Below, piece after piece: positions 1 to 9,741 of a stretch of DNA of 20,859 bases (positions are counted from its first letter, which is position 1; every line of letters starts with the position of its first letter). A program made the translations under genes and the position numbers. Origin of the DNA: an uncultured Acidimicrobiales bacterium. Lineage in GTDB: Bacteria; Actinomycetota; Acidimicrobiia; Acidimicrobiales; UBA10347. The notes beneath the pieces were generated by a model, which saw nothing but the letters and a program-made list of their open reading frames with translations, was not told the origin of the DNA and searched no databases. The stretch lies in the NCBI GenBank assembly GCA_943788915.1, contig CALSSD010000033.1, forward strand, positions 1 through 20,859, in the 5' to 3' direction.

Positions 1-1
1 C

Positions 2-376
2 CTAACCAAGCTCGAAGACCGCATCCGCGAACTTGAGTACGACCGCGAGAGCACTCGTAACGAAGCCTGGGCTGGCGCGGCTCTGGACGTGCTTGGTGGA
101 TTACTCGGTGGACGACGGTCTCGGTCGACTGGCCGGTCGATCTTGCGGGGCCGGAAGGCCACTGGTAAGGCCGAGCAACGTATCGCAACAGCCCAAAACC
201 GTTACAACGCAAAACTCAGTGATCTCAACGAGCTCCGAGAGGAAGTCGAAGACGACATCAACCAGATCGTCTTTGAGTGGCAGGACAAAGCCCAAAACGT
301 CACCGCCTACGACGTGCCACTCGAGAAGACCGACATCGCCGTCGACGACATCGCACTGGTCTGGCTCCGCAGCTAG
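2..376 (+). CDS. 3' end of a protein running in from the left edge; probable C-terminal coiled-coil tail of a DUF87/HerA-like ATP-binding protein
   Basis: Open frame from base 2 (LTKLEDRIRELEYDRESTRNEAWAGAALDVLGGLLGGRRSRS...VPLEKTDIAVDDIALVWLRS*) to TAG at 374-376. The GGLLGGRRS and PLEKTDI..DDIALVW ending resembles tails I recall from this ATPase family; the catalytic part is outside the window. Confidence 0.55.
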   Translation, partial: LTKLEDRIRELEYDRESTRNEAWAGAALDVLGGLLGGRRSRSTGRSILRGRKATGKAEQRIATAQNRYNAKLSDLNELREEVEDDINQIVFEWQDKAQNVTAYDVPLEKTDIAVDDIALVWLRS

Positions 377-383
377 AACCGCA

Positions 384-512
384 AGGAACAACTCGAAAGC
401 CGGACTACCTAGCTACCCGTGGCAGCGCAGCGGTCCGGGACTATGGACTTCAGAGCCCCAAAACAGGGTTTCGACGAGGAACGAGTCGAAAGCCGGACTA
501 CCCGGACTACCC
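384..512. repeat. Imperfect ~35-bp direct repeat with internal GGACTAC submotifs between convergent stop codons
   Basis: aggaacaactcgaaagccggactacctagctaccc (384-418) versus aggaacgagtcgaaagccggactacccggactaccc (477-512); partial ggactatggact at 438-449. Confidence 0.75.
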
Positions 513-2022
513 CTATTCGTCGAGCTCTTCGGGGTTCTCGAGGTCGGGTTCGGCTTCGGCGACCGAGGTGGGTTGTGCCTCAGATGTCGTGGCCGAGAGC
601 GTGATAACACCTAGCGAACGAGATGTCACGAGTTGGTACAGGTTGTCTTCTGAGCAGTCCTGATTGCGGGGATTCGTGGGTGCTGGGTACTCCTGCACCC
701 ACCGACCGTTGCGCACGACCATCAATACGAAACAAGGCGTTGGTTGCCGCCCACCCGGATCGGTCGCCGACAAAATGCCATTCGCGATATAGAAGTTGAT
801 GCCTTGCGCTACTCGAATGAGCGCTTCACGCGTTGGCAGCTCAGGTTCAACTTCAAGAACCCGATTGAAGGCTTGTTCGAAGAGTCGGCCTGCCATCCAG
901 CTCTGCAGGCCGACCTCGCTCCACCCGGCATCCGGTGCGACGGTCGCCAGGTTGGCGCGGTACAAGAACAAGTCGCCACGTGCGTTCGGTGACTCAAATG
1001 GGCTGTGGGCTATCCAGGTGTAGACCCCTTCGACTGTTTCACCGCCATCGAGCAGGAATTGTTGGCTGTAACAGCCCCACTCACACAACACGAACGCTGG
1101 TGGCTCTTCGAAAGCTTCGAGAAGCTCGATCAGGTTGCCTGGATCTGCAACCCAAACGAGCGATTCGGCACCGCTGTCTTCCCAGAATCCCACGATGCGT
1201 TCGGCGGGATCTTCCTGGAGATCCACGGGAAGTTCGAACACAACTTCCATACCTTGACCGATAAGCATTTCCCGTTGCCGTTCGTTGGCCCGCTCGAGAT
1301 CTAGGTCAAAGTAACGGAGTAGGCCCAGGTTGGATGCAGCGTCCGGGAACATGTCAACCAGGTACTTCGCGGGTCCGGCCTGGCGGATGTCGTTGAGGAA
1401 CGGATTCGACAGGAACGTCACCGGAGAAACCGCTCGCCGTGAGCCGTAGACCTGCCCGGGAAAGTCTGCAATATTGCATTCTTCGGTGCCGAAGCAGTTC
1501 GGCACCTTCGGCATCGCCCAGGCTGTGGGAACCAACGATGGCAAAGAAGTCGCCTTGACAGACTTGGTCCAGTGCCGTGCGATGATCGAAGAGCAGCGAA
1601 TCGATTGGCACAACTTCGACGAGGCGCCCGCCCAGGCCACCGTTCTTGTTGACCTCGTTGGCCCACGCCAGTGTGCCCAGCCAGCCGTCGCGGAAGAGTT
1701 GGTCGGCGGTGCCTTGTGTCTCGTCATCGAAGACCACCGCCAGGCGAATGATCTCGCTCGTGAGCCCTGGCTGCGCGACGACGGGTTGGGGTGTCGCTGC
1801 CGGCCCGCCTGCGGGTGTCGGCTCAGCCGTCGGGAGCGGCAGCGGTGTCGGGGTCGGTGGAACAGGTTCGCTTGTGGCTTGAACGAGTTCCCCATCGGAG
1901 GAGCGAGCAACAGGGACCTGTGGGTCGCCGCAGGCCGTGGCGACAAGCGCGACAACAACTGCTGCCACGAGCGCAGAGCGCGCTGATCGGACGATGGAGT
2001 GCCAGTGCTTGATGCCCGCCAC
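513..2022 (-). CDS. ABC transporter substrate-binding lipoprotein, branched-chain amino acid/LivJ-like (type 1 PBP) family; one +1 frameshift near 1491-1493
   Basis: N-half lies in the 1354..2139 frame (hydrophobic signal ending LVATAC, Pro/Thr linker, PGLTSEIIRLAV, AWANEVNKNGGLGGRLVEV, VCQGDFFAIVGS). C-half lies in the 513..2024 frame (GTEECNIADFPG...SWMAGRLFEQA...PTPCFVLMVVRNGRW). Removing one base in minus-strand ctg-ctt-c-ggc joins them into ~502 aa. Start GTG 2022 or ATG 2034. Confidence 0.8.
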
Positions 2023-2023
2023 A

Positions 2024-3554
2024 CTAGTTCCCATAACTCGCTGATCTGCGGCGCCGGACTCCTCCAAAACGAAATGCCGAGCGCAACCCGCGTTTATCGA
2101 GCGCGGCTGACCCGAGGGCCAGGTGATGGTCGATGCCACGGATGCGATCCTCCGAGCGGTGATTGACGTACAGCACCGCCGTCTCGCTCGCGGTGCAGAT
2201 GCGCTCGATTAGTGCGAGCACCACTTGCCGATTCATGTCATCGAGGCCGAGACAGGGTTCGTCGAGAATGAGCAGTGGTGGATGTTTCACCATTGCACGT
2301 GCAATCAACAACAGGCGCTGTTCGCCGTAGGACAGGCCATTAAACGGCTCGTCTGCTCGGTCTGACATGCCCAGTAGAGCGAGCCATTGATCCGCAATGG
2401 CTTTCTGCGTGTCTGTGCTTTTCGTGTACAGCCCGATGCTGTCGTAGAAGCCGGAGATGATGACGTTCCTCAGCCCGATACTGACTCGGTACTCCCACTG
2501 AAGTGCGGTGGAGACATACCCGATGTACTGCTTGATCTGCCAGATGCTTTCGCCGGTGCCGCGCTGAAATCCAAAGACCTTGATGTCGTTGACATAACAC
2601 TGCGGATGATCACCGGTGATCAATGAAAGCAGACACGTCTTGCCGCTGCCGTTCGGCCCGCTCAGCTGCCAGTGCTGGTTCGCCTCGATCGTCCAGTCGA
2701 GGTTCTCGAAGACCGTGTTGTCTGGGTAACGAATGGCGGCTCCGGTCAACCGGACCAGTGGATCGCTGGGATTCAGAGCTGGCAGCCGGGCAGCCGGGTC
2801 GGCCATGGGCACATCAAGCTCGCTCGTCTTCAAGTGCAGCAGTTGGTACAGCTCGGCGAAAGGCGCTCTCGTCGTCGCGCCGCACCTGATAGAGCAAGTT
2901 GCCCGTGGTCGATGTAGGCCACGTGGGTGATGAACTCGGGGCACTCGTCGAACCGGTTCAGCACGATCACCATCGGCACGGTTTCCGCCACAACCCGCCA
3001 GGTGGTCTTGCAGCCACGTCAGCGAATCGTGATCAAGACCGTCAAAGGGTTCGTCCAGAACCAGCAGCTCCGGACGGCTGGTCAACGCTCGGATGAGCAT
3101 CACCTTGCGCGTCTCGCCGGTTGAGAGCTTGCGAAACGCTCGGCCCATCAGCGGCCGCAGACCCAAGGTGTCGACCAGTGTCTGTGCCAGCGCGTTCGTC
3201 CTCGAGGCAGACGGCATCGATGATCTCCGCTACCGGCGTCCCTTCTGAAATAACATCCAGAATGTCAGCGTCGTCTTTGCGGCGCTCGGCCTCGATGAGT
3301 TCCGCCTGCCGCTCATAGGAGACGAGAGCCACACGATCGGGCAAACCCGACTGCGTGCCTGACAGACACTCGCCTTCACCGGCAAGCACGGCCGCCAGGG
3401 CCGACTTGCCGGAGCCGTTGCCGCCAGCGATCAACCAGTGTTCTCCCGGCCGGATTGTCCAGCTGATGTCACTGAGTTGAAATCGCCCATCAAAATCAAC
3501 CGACAAGCCGTTGAAACGAATCGCGTCGGGGCAAGCCACATCCTGATTACTCAT
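2024..3554 (-). CDS. modF: ModF-like tandem ABC ATPase (two nucleotide-binding domains), interrupted by several single-base frameshifts
   Basis: Walker A GGNGSGKS and GPNGSGKT; signatures LSTGETRK and LSYGEQR; Walker B LLVLDEPFDGLD and LLILDEP; ModF-typical GDHPQCYVND and RGTGESIWQIKQYIGYVS. The motif VLNRFDECPEFITHV appears only in a shifted frame. Frame breaks at about 3195, 2992 and 2897/2860. Confidence 0.85.
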
Positions 3555-3623
3555 TGATCTACCCCTTTACACCGGACACTCGCCTGAGGAAGCGTCTACC
3601 GGAACGCACCGCCACGATACGCG

Positions 3624-3651
3624 CGAGTTCTTCGCGCTGGCGAAGAACTCG
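3624..3651 (-). terminator. Stem-loop downstream of ilvC (probable terminator or mRNA-stabilising hairpin)
   Basis: cgagttcttcgc-gctg-gcgaagaactcg: perfect 12-bp stem with 4-nt loop, 30 nt after the ilvC stop; no clear U-tract. Confidence 0.6.
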
Positions 3652-3681
3652 ATTGGCGAGCGAAGCGAACGATGACTGCCC

Positions 3682-5154
3682 TCAGATGATTTGTTTCATG
3701 TCGGCCATGTAGCCGCGCAGCTCCGCACCGATCGCTTCGACAGGATGGCTGCGAATGGCCTCGTTCACTTCGATCAGACGAGCATTGTCGACGCCGGTGT
3801 CGCTGAGGTCGAGACCCTTGCCGATGACGTCGCTCTTGATACCGGTCATGAAGTCAGCCAGCAATGGCACACATGCGTGGTTGTACAGGTAGCAGCCGTA
3901 CTCGGCGGTATCTGAGATGGTTGCATTCATTTCGTAGAGCTTCTTACGAGCAATAGTGTTGGCGATCAGCGGTGTCTCGTGCAGTGACTCGTAGTAGGCC
4001 GAGTCAGCGATGATGCCAGCTGCGGTCATGGTTTCGAAGGCCAACTCGACGCCTGCCTTGACCATGGCGACCATGAGGATGCCGTTGTCGAAGTACTCCT
4101 GCTCGGAGATTTCGACGTCACCGGCAGGGGTCTGCTCGTAGGCAGTCTCTGCGGTGGCCGCACGCCAGCCAAGCAAGTCAGCGTCGTCGTTAGCCCAGTC
4201 AGCCATCATCCCGGTGGAGAATGCGCCCGTCATGATGTCGTCCTGGTGCTTGTTGTAGAGCGGACGCATGATCACTTTCATCTGCTCTGACAGATCGAAA
4301 GCACGGATCTTGGCTGGGTTCGATAGCCGGTCCATCATGTTGGTGACGCCACCGTATTTCAGTGCTTCGGTAGTGGTCTCCCAGCCGTACTGAATGAGCT
4401 TGGATGCGTAACCAGGCTCGATTCCCTCTTCGATCATCTTGTCGAAGCACAGAAGAGAGCCGGTCTGCAACATCCCGCACAGGATGGTTTGTTCGCCCAT
4501 CAGGTCGGACTTGACCTCGGCGATGAACGATGACATGAGAACGCCGGCCTTGTGGCCGCCGGTACCGACCGCATAGGCCTTGGCCAGTGCCAGGCCTTCG
4601 CCGTTCGGGTCGTTGTCCTCGTGGACAGCGATCAGGGTCGGCACACCAAAACCACGGACGTACTCGGCGCGGACTTCGGAGCCTGGGCACTTGGGTGCCA
4701 CCATGATGACGGTGATGTCGTCACGGATCTGCATGCCTTCTTCGACGATGTTGAAGCCGTGTGAGTACGACAAGCAGGCACCCTGCTTCATCATCGGCAT
4801 GATGGTGTTCACGACGTTGGTGTGCTGCTTGTCTGGTGTCAGGTTCAGCACGACGTCAGCGGTCGGGAGCAGCTCTTCGTAGGTCCCTACCGTGAAGCCG
4901 TTTTCGGTGGCATTCTTCCACGATTGGCGCTGCTCGGTGATGGCAGCGTCGCGCAGCGTGTAGGACACATCGAGGCCGCTGTCGCGCAGGTTCAGACCCT
5001 GATTCAGACCTTGAGCGCCGCAACCGATGACGACGATCTTCTTGCCCTTAAGCGCATCGACGCCTTCGGTGAACTCGTCGAGGTGCATGAAGCGGCATTT
5101 GCCGAGCTCAGCGAGTTGTTCGCGCAGCGGCAGGGTGTTGAAGTAATTAGCCAT
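3682..5154 (-). CDS. ilvC: Ketol-acid reductoisomerase, long class II form (490 aa)
   Basis: N-terminus [23 protein letters not shown] as in E. coli-type IlvC; GCGAQG nucleotide-binding motif; [32 protein letters not shown]; duplicated knot domain with AYYESLHE and ISDTAEYG. Confidence 0.98.
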   Translation of the reverse strand: MANYFNTLPLREQLAELGKCRFMHLDEFTEGVDALKGKKIVVIGCGAQGLNQGLNLRDSGLDVSYTLRDAAITEQRQSWKNATENGFTVGTYEELLPTADVVLNLTPDKQHTNVVNTIMPMMKQGACLSYSHGFNIVEEGMQIRDDITVIMVAPKCPGSEVRAEYVRGFGVPTLIAVHEDNDPNGEGLALAKAYAVGTGGHKAGVLMSSFIAEVKSDLMGEQTILCGMLQTGSLLCFDKMIEEGIEPGYASKLIQYGWETTTEALKYGGVTNMMDRLSNPAKIRAFDLSEQMKVIMRPLYNKHQDDIMTGAFSTGMMADWANDDADLLGWRAATAETAYEQTPAGDVEISEQEYFDNGILMVAMVKAGVELAFETMTAAGIIADSAYYESLHETPLIANTIARKKLYEMNATISDTAEYGCYLYNHACVPLLADFMTGIKSDVIGKGLDLSDTGVDNARLIEVNEAIRSHPVEAIGAELRGYMADMKQII

Positions 5155-5187
5155 GTGGTGCTCTCAATCAGGGATCTATCTCAATGG

Positions 5188-5254
5188 ATTCTACCCATCG
5201 GTGAGTGTTTCGTAAATTGATATATACGCAACATGATGTCCCAATTTGTGCAAC
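5188..5254 (-). promoter_or_regulatory. ilvC promoter (TTTACG-17-TAGAAT) and tandem IlvY operator region
   Basis: Minus strand reads GTTGCACAAATTGGGACATCATGTTGCGTATATATCAATTTACGAAACA (5254-5206), which aligns without gaps to the E. coli ilvY-ilvC O1/O2 region as I recall it. -35 at 5216-5211 and -10 at 5193-5188 with 17-nt spacing; AT-rich island in GC-rich DNA. Confidence 0.8.
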
Positions 5255-5283
5255 GCTGACCCAAAGTTGTGCATACTCACACG

Positions 5284-6171
5284 ATGGACATCAGAACGCT
5301 GAAGCACTTCCTGCTCTTGTGTGAAGATCTGAACTTTGGCCGCGCCAGTCGCCGCGCCAACATCAGCACGTCCGCCTTGTCACGCAACATCCGACAGTTG
5401 GAAACCGAAGTCAACGCAACACTTTTCGCCCGCGACAACCGCACCGTCGAGCTCACCCAAGACGGGCACAAGTTTCAGCGCTACGCACGCAACGCCGTGC
5501 AGCAATGGGAGCAGATTTGCTACGACCTGACCGACCCTACCGAGCAACTCCAAGGTGAAGTAAGTCTCTACTGCTCGGTCACCGCCAGCCATAGCATTCT
5601 GGTGGACCTCTTGAACCGGTTTCGACCTGCTCACCCCGGCGTTGAAATCAGGCTGCAGACAGGCGACCCGCAACATGCCATCGGCCGAGTTGTGTCGCTG
5701 GAAGAAGACTTAGCCATCGCGGCGCGACCTGGGAACTTGCTGGCGGGTGTGCTCTTCGAACCCATCCAGACATCTCCCCTCATCTTCATCGCTCCCGCGG
5801 ACTCGACTGATCTAGGCATTGACGACATGCCTCCGACCGATGCCAACAGCTGGCAACAGATTCCGATGATTCTTGCCTCAAGTGGCCTTGCCCGGACACG
5901 GGTCGACGCCTGGTTCCGGGCCCTGGGCGTGACCCCAAAGATCTACGCCCAGGTAGCTGGCAACGAAGCCATCGTAAGCATGGTCAGTCTGGGACTCGGC
6001 GTCGGCGTCGTGCCCCAGATCGTGCTCGACAACAGCCCGTTTGCCGAGCGTGTGCGCATGCTCGAGGTCATGCCAGCGCTAGAGCCGTACGACTTGGGGC
6101 TTGTCACCATGAAGCGCCATCTCAAGAACCCATTGGTCAGTGCGTTCTGGTCACTTCTCGCTCCAGGGTAG
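5284..6171 (+). CDS. ilvY: LysR-family transcriptional activator IlvY
   Basis: LysR HTH (MDIRTLKHFL...NFGRASRRANISTSALSRNIRQLE); IlvY-typical LFARDNRTVELT, LYCSVTASHS and IYAQVAGNEAIVSMVSLGLG; divergent from ilvC as in the canonical ilvY-ilvC pair. Confidence 0.95.
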   Translation: MDIRTLKHFLLLCEDLNFGRASRRANISTSALSRNIRQLETEVNATLFARDNRTVELTQDGHKFQRYARNAVQQWEQICYDLTDPTEQLQGEVSLYCSVTASHSILVDLLNRFRPAHPGVEIRLQTGDPQHAIGRVVSLEEDLAIAARPGNLLAGVLFEPIQTSPLIFIAPADSTDLGIDDMPPTDANSWQQIPMILASSGLARTRVDAWFRALGVTPKIYAQVAGNEAIVSMVSLGLGVGVVPQIVLDNSPFAERVRMLEVMPALEPYDLGLVTMKRHLKNPLVSAFWSLLAPG

Positions 6172-6666
6172 GAACGCAGCTGTGCTACCGCAGCCGGACG
6201 GGGTTCGACCAACTGCGCCACTGGCACGCAAGGAACCGTTCCTTCATGCCTCCTACTGACACTGCCGAGCTACATCCCTCGAGCTGATCATGCCCGCTGC
6301 AGTTCGCCGCGCCTGCACACCTGGTCGCGATGACCGAGCTCCCCGCGCCAGCACACAGGTTCGATCGTCGCCTTACTTCATCACCGCGTTGACTGCTTGT
6401 CCTGCATGTGTCTTGCGTAGGCCTTCGCTGAGGTCGCCGAACCAAACGTCGCCCGAGCTCGAAGCCCCGATCGTTGATGCTCGCGAGCGGTTGGCATCGA
6501 ACCCGCGAGCGCAGTTCGGAGCGTTAGCGATCCAACGGGAACTGACCTTTGCATCAGCGGGCGCGATTGGCTTCGGCTGCGTAGTCCCCTGTGTCCGCTC
6601 GCAGGGTTGTGACGCGTGTCGACGTCGGTGCCGCTCCGCCGCTTCGGTCTCGACTGTCTTGTTTCC

Positions 6667-7002
6667 TCAGTCGACGGTGCCGGTGCAAACGATCAGTTCG
6701 CCCGGGCAAACAAATCCGTCGGGACCCTCGTAGCCGGCCAGGGCGTCGGCGACGGCATCCCATGTATTGGACTTCTCGTCCTCTGACATCTCGCCCATCA
6801 GCATGTGGAGTGCTCCGAACGCATCCTTCAGGAAGCGGAGGTGCTCGTCAACTGACTCGAGCCTGATGCTCGCCGGCGTCGTCTGCGAAGTAACGCTCGA
6901 CATCCCGACTGCCTCGAAGAGCGAAGTCAGTCGCCCATGGCCAGCAAGCGCGAACGGACCCGGCATCCCCGGAGTGGGCGGGGCGATCCCGGCTCGGGCT
7001 TG
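6667..7002 (-). pseudogene. C-terminal remnant of a class I SAM-dependent methyltransferase
   Basis: RAGIAPPTPGMPGPFALA...FLKDAFGALHMLM...WDAVADALAGYEGPDGFVCPGELIVCTG* resembles the C-terminal third of a widespread methyltransferase family; no SAM-binding GxGxG region upstream. Confidence 0.7.
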
Positions 7003-7269
7003 ACAGAAGCGTCCGAAGGACCACGAGCGCGCACCCCACGTAGCTGCGTGGTGGAGGCCGAGCACTGCCTTCACTATGTGCCCCAACAATTCGGTTTCGA
7101 CCTGGCCATTTTGCCAAGCAACGCGGCCTCGCTACTCCAGCAGGTCTCATTCCAGTCGCACGTTAGGGGTCCGACCTACGTCCATACCTCGAAGAAAAGT
7201 ATGACCTCGCAGTGCAAGAGTTGACTCACTGGCCCCTCAGTTTGATCGAGTGGAGAAAGCGACCCGTCC

Positions 7270-7314
7270 ACAAAATTGAAACACCACCGCACTCCAGGAG
7301 TGCAGCGGTGTTTC
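7270..7314 (-). terminator. Intrinsic terminator after ilvN
   Basis: Minus-strand RNA gaaacaccgcugcacuc-cug-gagugcggugguguuuc pairs fully using G-U wobbles (on this strand only) and is followed by aauuuugu; 22 nt after the ilvN stop. Confidence 0.8.
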
Positions 7315-7336
7315 GTAGGTTCTGAAGAGGGTTGAG

Positions 7337-7852
7337 TTACGACTCGGTTGGCTCGACCTTGGCCAGTTCGCTGAGTGCGATCTTGCCGGTTCTTTGAATC
7401 TCGATGATGCCGAAACGGCTCAACAACGCCTCGAAATCATCGAGGCGACGCTGTGATCCGACAAGCGAAACCATCAGCTGATCGAAACCCACGTTCAGTA
7501 CTTGGGCATCGAAGATTTGCACGAGGTCGATGATCTCGCGACGGGCTTCGGGCGTTGGAGCCGAAAGCGTCGTCATCATCAATTCACGCTCGACCGATGT
7601 TTCGGGGTCAAGTTCGCGAATCTCAAGCACGTTGATGAGCTTGTCGAGCTGCTTGACCACTTGGTCGATCGACGTTGACGCAACGTCCACGACAATCGTG
7701 ATCCGGCTGAATCGGTCATCGTCGGTAGGGGCCACAGCGAGTGACTCGATGTTAAAACCACGCCGTGAGAAGAGCCCAGCAATACGGGCCAACACGCCCG
7801 CCTTGTTCTCGACCCGAACAACGATTGTATGGAATTCAGGAATGTGGCTCAC
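7337..7852 (-). CDS. ilvN: Acetolactate synthase small (regulatory) subunit
   Basis: ACT domain VENKAGVLARIAGLFSRRGFNIESLAV, KQLDKLINV, C-terminal EIQRTG; GTG start overlaps the ilvB TGA by 4 nt. Confidence 0.96.
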   Translation of the reverse strand: MSHIPEFHTIVVRVENKAGVLARIAGLFSRRGFNIESLAVAPTDDDRFSRITIVVDVASTSIDQVVKQLDKLINVLEIRELDPETSVERELMMTTLSAPTPEARREIIDLVQIFDAQVLNVGFDQLMVSLVGSQRRLDDFEALLSRFGIIEIQRTGKIALSELAKVEPTES

Positions 7853-9597
7853 GATGTCTCTCCCGAGCTGTCAGCGTCGCGTTGTGATGGGTCGACCAAC
7901 ACCTCGCTGTTGCTCGCCCCCGCAGGGACCATTGGATACACGTTCTCTTCAGCTTGAGTGCGGAAGTCAATCACCACTGGGCGGTCGTTGATTTCGTTTG
8001 CCTTCTGGATAGTTGGCACGACCTCTTCAGGTGAGTCGACTCGAAAACCAACACAACCCATAGCTTCGGCCCACATCTTGTAGTTCGGAATTTCGGAACC
8101 AAAGTGGGTTTCGCTGAAACGTTCGTCGTAGAACAACTCTTGCCACTGGCGGACCATGCCCAGCCAGCTGTTGTTCAAGATTGCGACCTTGACCGGTATG
8201 CGTTCAACCGCTGCGGTGATCAGTTCCTGCGATGTCATCTGGAAACAACCGTCGCCATCGACAGCCCAGACCATGCGGTCCGGCATGCCAGCTTTCGCTC
8301 CCACGGCAGCAGGAATCGAATACCCCATGGTGCCAAGACCGCCGGAGTTGATCCAGGTATAGGGATGGTTGAAGGTCCAGTACTGGCTGGCCCACATCTG
8401 GTGCTGACCGACACCCGAACACAAAATTGTGTCAGGTGGACAGGCCTCGGCCAGTTTCTCGATCACGAACTGTGGCTTGAGCAGCTTGCCGGGCTCATGA
8501 TCGCCGTAGACCAGCGGGTACTTCTCTTGCCACCCGCTGAGGGTCTGACGCCACGCGTCGCGGTCGGGCTGCGCATCGGCACCACCGAGCGTTTCGATTT
8601 CCTTGATCATCTCCGTGATGATCGACTTGGCGTCACCAGCAATTGGTACATGAGCAAATCGAACCTTCCCGAGTTCGGCGGGATCGATATCGACATGAAT
8701 GATCTTGGCATCAGGTGCGAACTTGTCGCGAGCACCGGTCACCCGGTCATCGAAACGGGCTCCGAGCGCGATCAGAAGATCGGCTTCTTGCATAGCCATG
8801 ACCGCGGTGTAATTACCGTGCATGCCGGGCATGCCCAGGTTCAACTCATGGTCGTCGGGAAAACCGCCACGATTCATCAGCGTGGTGACGACGGGGATGC
8901 CCGTCATCTCGGCCAGCGTGCGCAGCTCGTCAGCGGCGCGTGATCGCAGAATGCCACCACCGCTATAGATCACGGGTCGCTTGGCGGCCATAATCATCTT
9001 GGAAGCTTCGGCGATCGATGCGGGGTCGCCCTCGGTCTTGGGGTTGTACCCAGGAAGGTCATGACCGGTTGGTTCGTACCACTCGAACACGGCATCGGGC
9101 AGAACGAGGTCCTTGGGGATGTCGACCAACACGGGACCAGGGCGGCCGGTGGTCGCCAGGTGGAATGCGTCGTGAATAACCTGGGGAATGTCTTCGACCT
9201 TGGTCACCAAATAGTTGTGTTTGGTCGCCGACATGGTTATGCCGGTGGTGTCTGCTTCCTGAAATGCGTCGGTGCCGATTGCAGGAAGTGCAACCTGGCC
9301 GGTGATGCAGACCATCGGAATCGAGTCCATCATGGCGTCGAGAAGAGCGGTGACCATGTTGGTTGCGGCAGGACCGCTAGTCACGATCGCCACACCAGGC
9401 TTGCCGGTTGCATGGGCGTAGCCCGACGCCATGTGACCGGCTCCCTGCTCATGGCGCACCAAGATATGACGAATACTCGACTCGATCAGTGGGTCGTATA
9501 CGGGCAGGATGGCACCACCGGGCATGCCAAATACGGTCTCTACGCCCTCATGCTCCAGCGCTTTGAGCACCGCTTGGGCTCCGTTAATCTGCATCAT
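7849..9597 (-). CDS. ilvB: Acetolactate synthase large subunit, biosynthetic
   Basis: FGMPGGAILP, RHEQGAGHMA, TSGPAATN, GMPGMHG, RFDDRVTG, GVGQHQMW, SGGLGTMG, ThDP motif GDGCFQM...NN, GMVRQWQ. Confidence 0.98.
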   Translation of the reverse strand: MMQINGAQAVLKALEHEGVETVFGMPGGAILPVYDPLIESSIRHILVRHEQGAGHMASGYAHATGKPGVAIVTSGPAATNMVTALLDAMMDSIPMVCITGQVALPAIGTDAFQEADTTGITMSATKHNYLVTKVEDIPQVIHDAFHLATTGRPGPVLVDIPKDLVLPDAVFEWYEPTGHDLPGYNPKTEGDPASIAEASKMIMAAKRPVIYSGGGILRSRAADELRTLAEMTGIPVVTTLMNRGGFPDDHELNLGMPGMHGNYTAVMAMQEADLLIALGARFDDRVTGARDKFAPDAKIIHVDIDPAELGKVRFAHVPIAGDAKSIITEMIKEIETLGGADAQPDRDAWRQTLSGWQEKYPLVYGDHEPGKLLKPQFVIEKLAEACPPDTILCSGVGQHQMWASQYWTFNHPYTWINSGGLGTMGYSIPAAVGAKAGMPDRMVWAVDGDGCFQMTSQELITAAVERIPVKVAILNNSWLGMVRQWQELFYDERFSETHFGSEIPNYKMWAEAMGCVGFRVDSPEEVVPTIQKANEINDRPVVIDFRTQAEENVYPMVPAGASNSEVLVDPSQRDADSSGETS

Positions 9598-9680
9598 TCA
9601 CCTGCCTTGTTCAGTTCAATAGTCATAAGTGTTTAGTTGTGTCTGTTGCAGGCCGAAACGGCTGCACGGCGTTTAAGCCC

Positions 9681-9741
9681 GAAAAGCAGAACGGCCTCCC
9701 GATGGGGAGGCCAAGTGCGCACGGGGATGTGAACCGTGCGC
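9681..9741 (-). promoter_or_regulatory. ilvB transcriptional attenuator: upstream hairpin plus terminator hairpin with U-rich tail
   Basis: Minus strand: gcgcacgg...ccgugcgc stem (9741-9717), then ggccuccc-cauc-gggaggcc (9712-9693) followed by guucugcuuuuc, directly after the leader-peptide stop. Confidence 0.88.

Noticed and set aside
384..512. Possible mini CRISPR array
   Set aside because: Only two imperfect copies, a 58-nt gap that itself contains repeat fragments, and no cas genes.
1494..2024. Arg/Ser-rich N-terminal third of the 503-aa ORF 513..2024
   Set aside because: Wrong-frame translation upstream of the frameshift; the real N-terminus is in the 1354..2139 frame.
2858..3200. Programmed ribosomal frameshifting in modF
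   Set aside because: Multiple shifts with no slippery heptamer or stimulatory structure; sequencing error or decay is more parsimonious.
6290..6733. 147-aa plus-strand ORF and other ORFs in the ilvY-ilvN gap
   Set aside because: No recognisable motifs, Arg/Cys/Ser-rich composition typical of spurious GC-rich ORFs, and partial overlap with the methyltransferase remnant.
8104..9636. Long antisense ORFs opposite ilvB (and similar ones opposite fabY, GH13, MATE and lexA)
   Set aside because: Shadow ORFs expected from high GC3 codon bias; no independent protein features.
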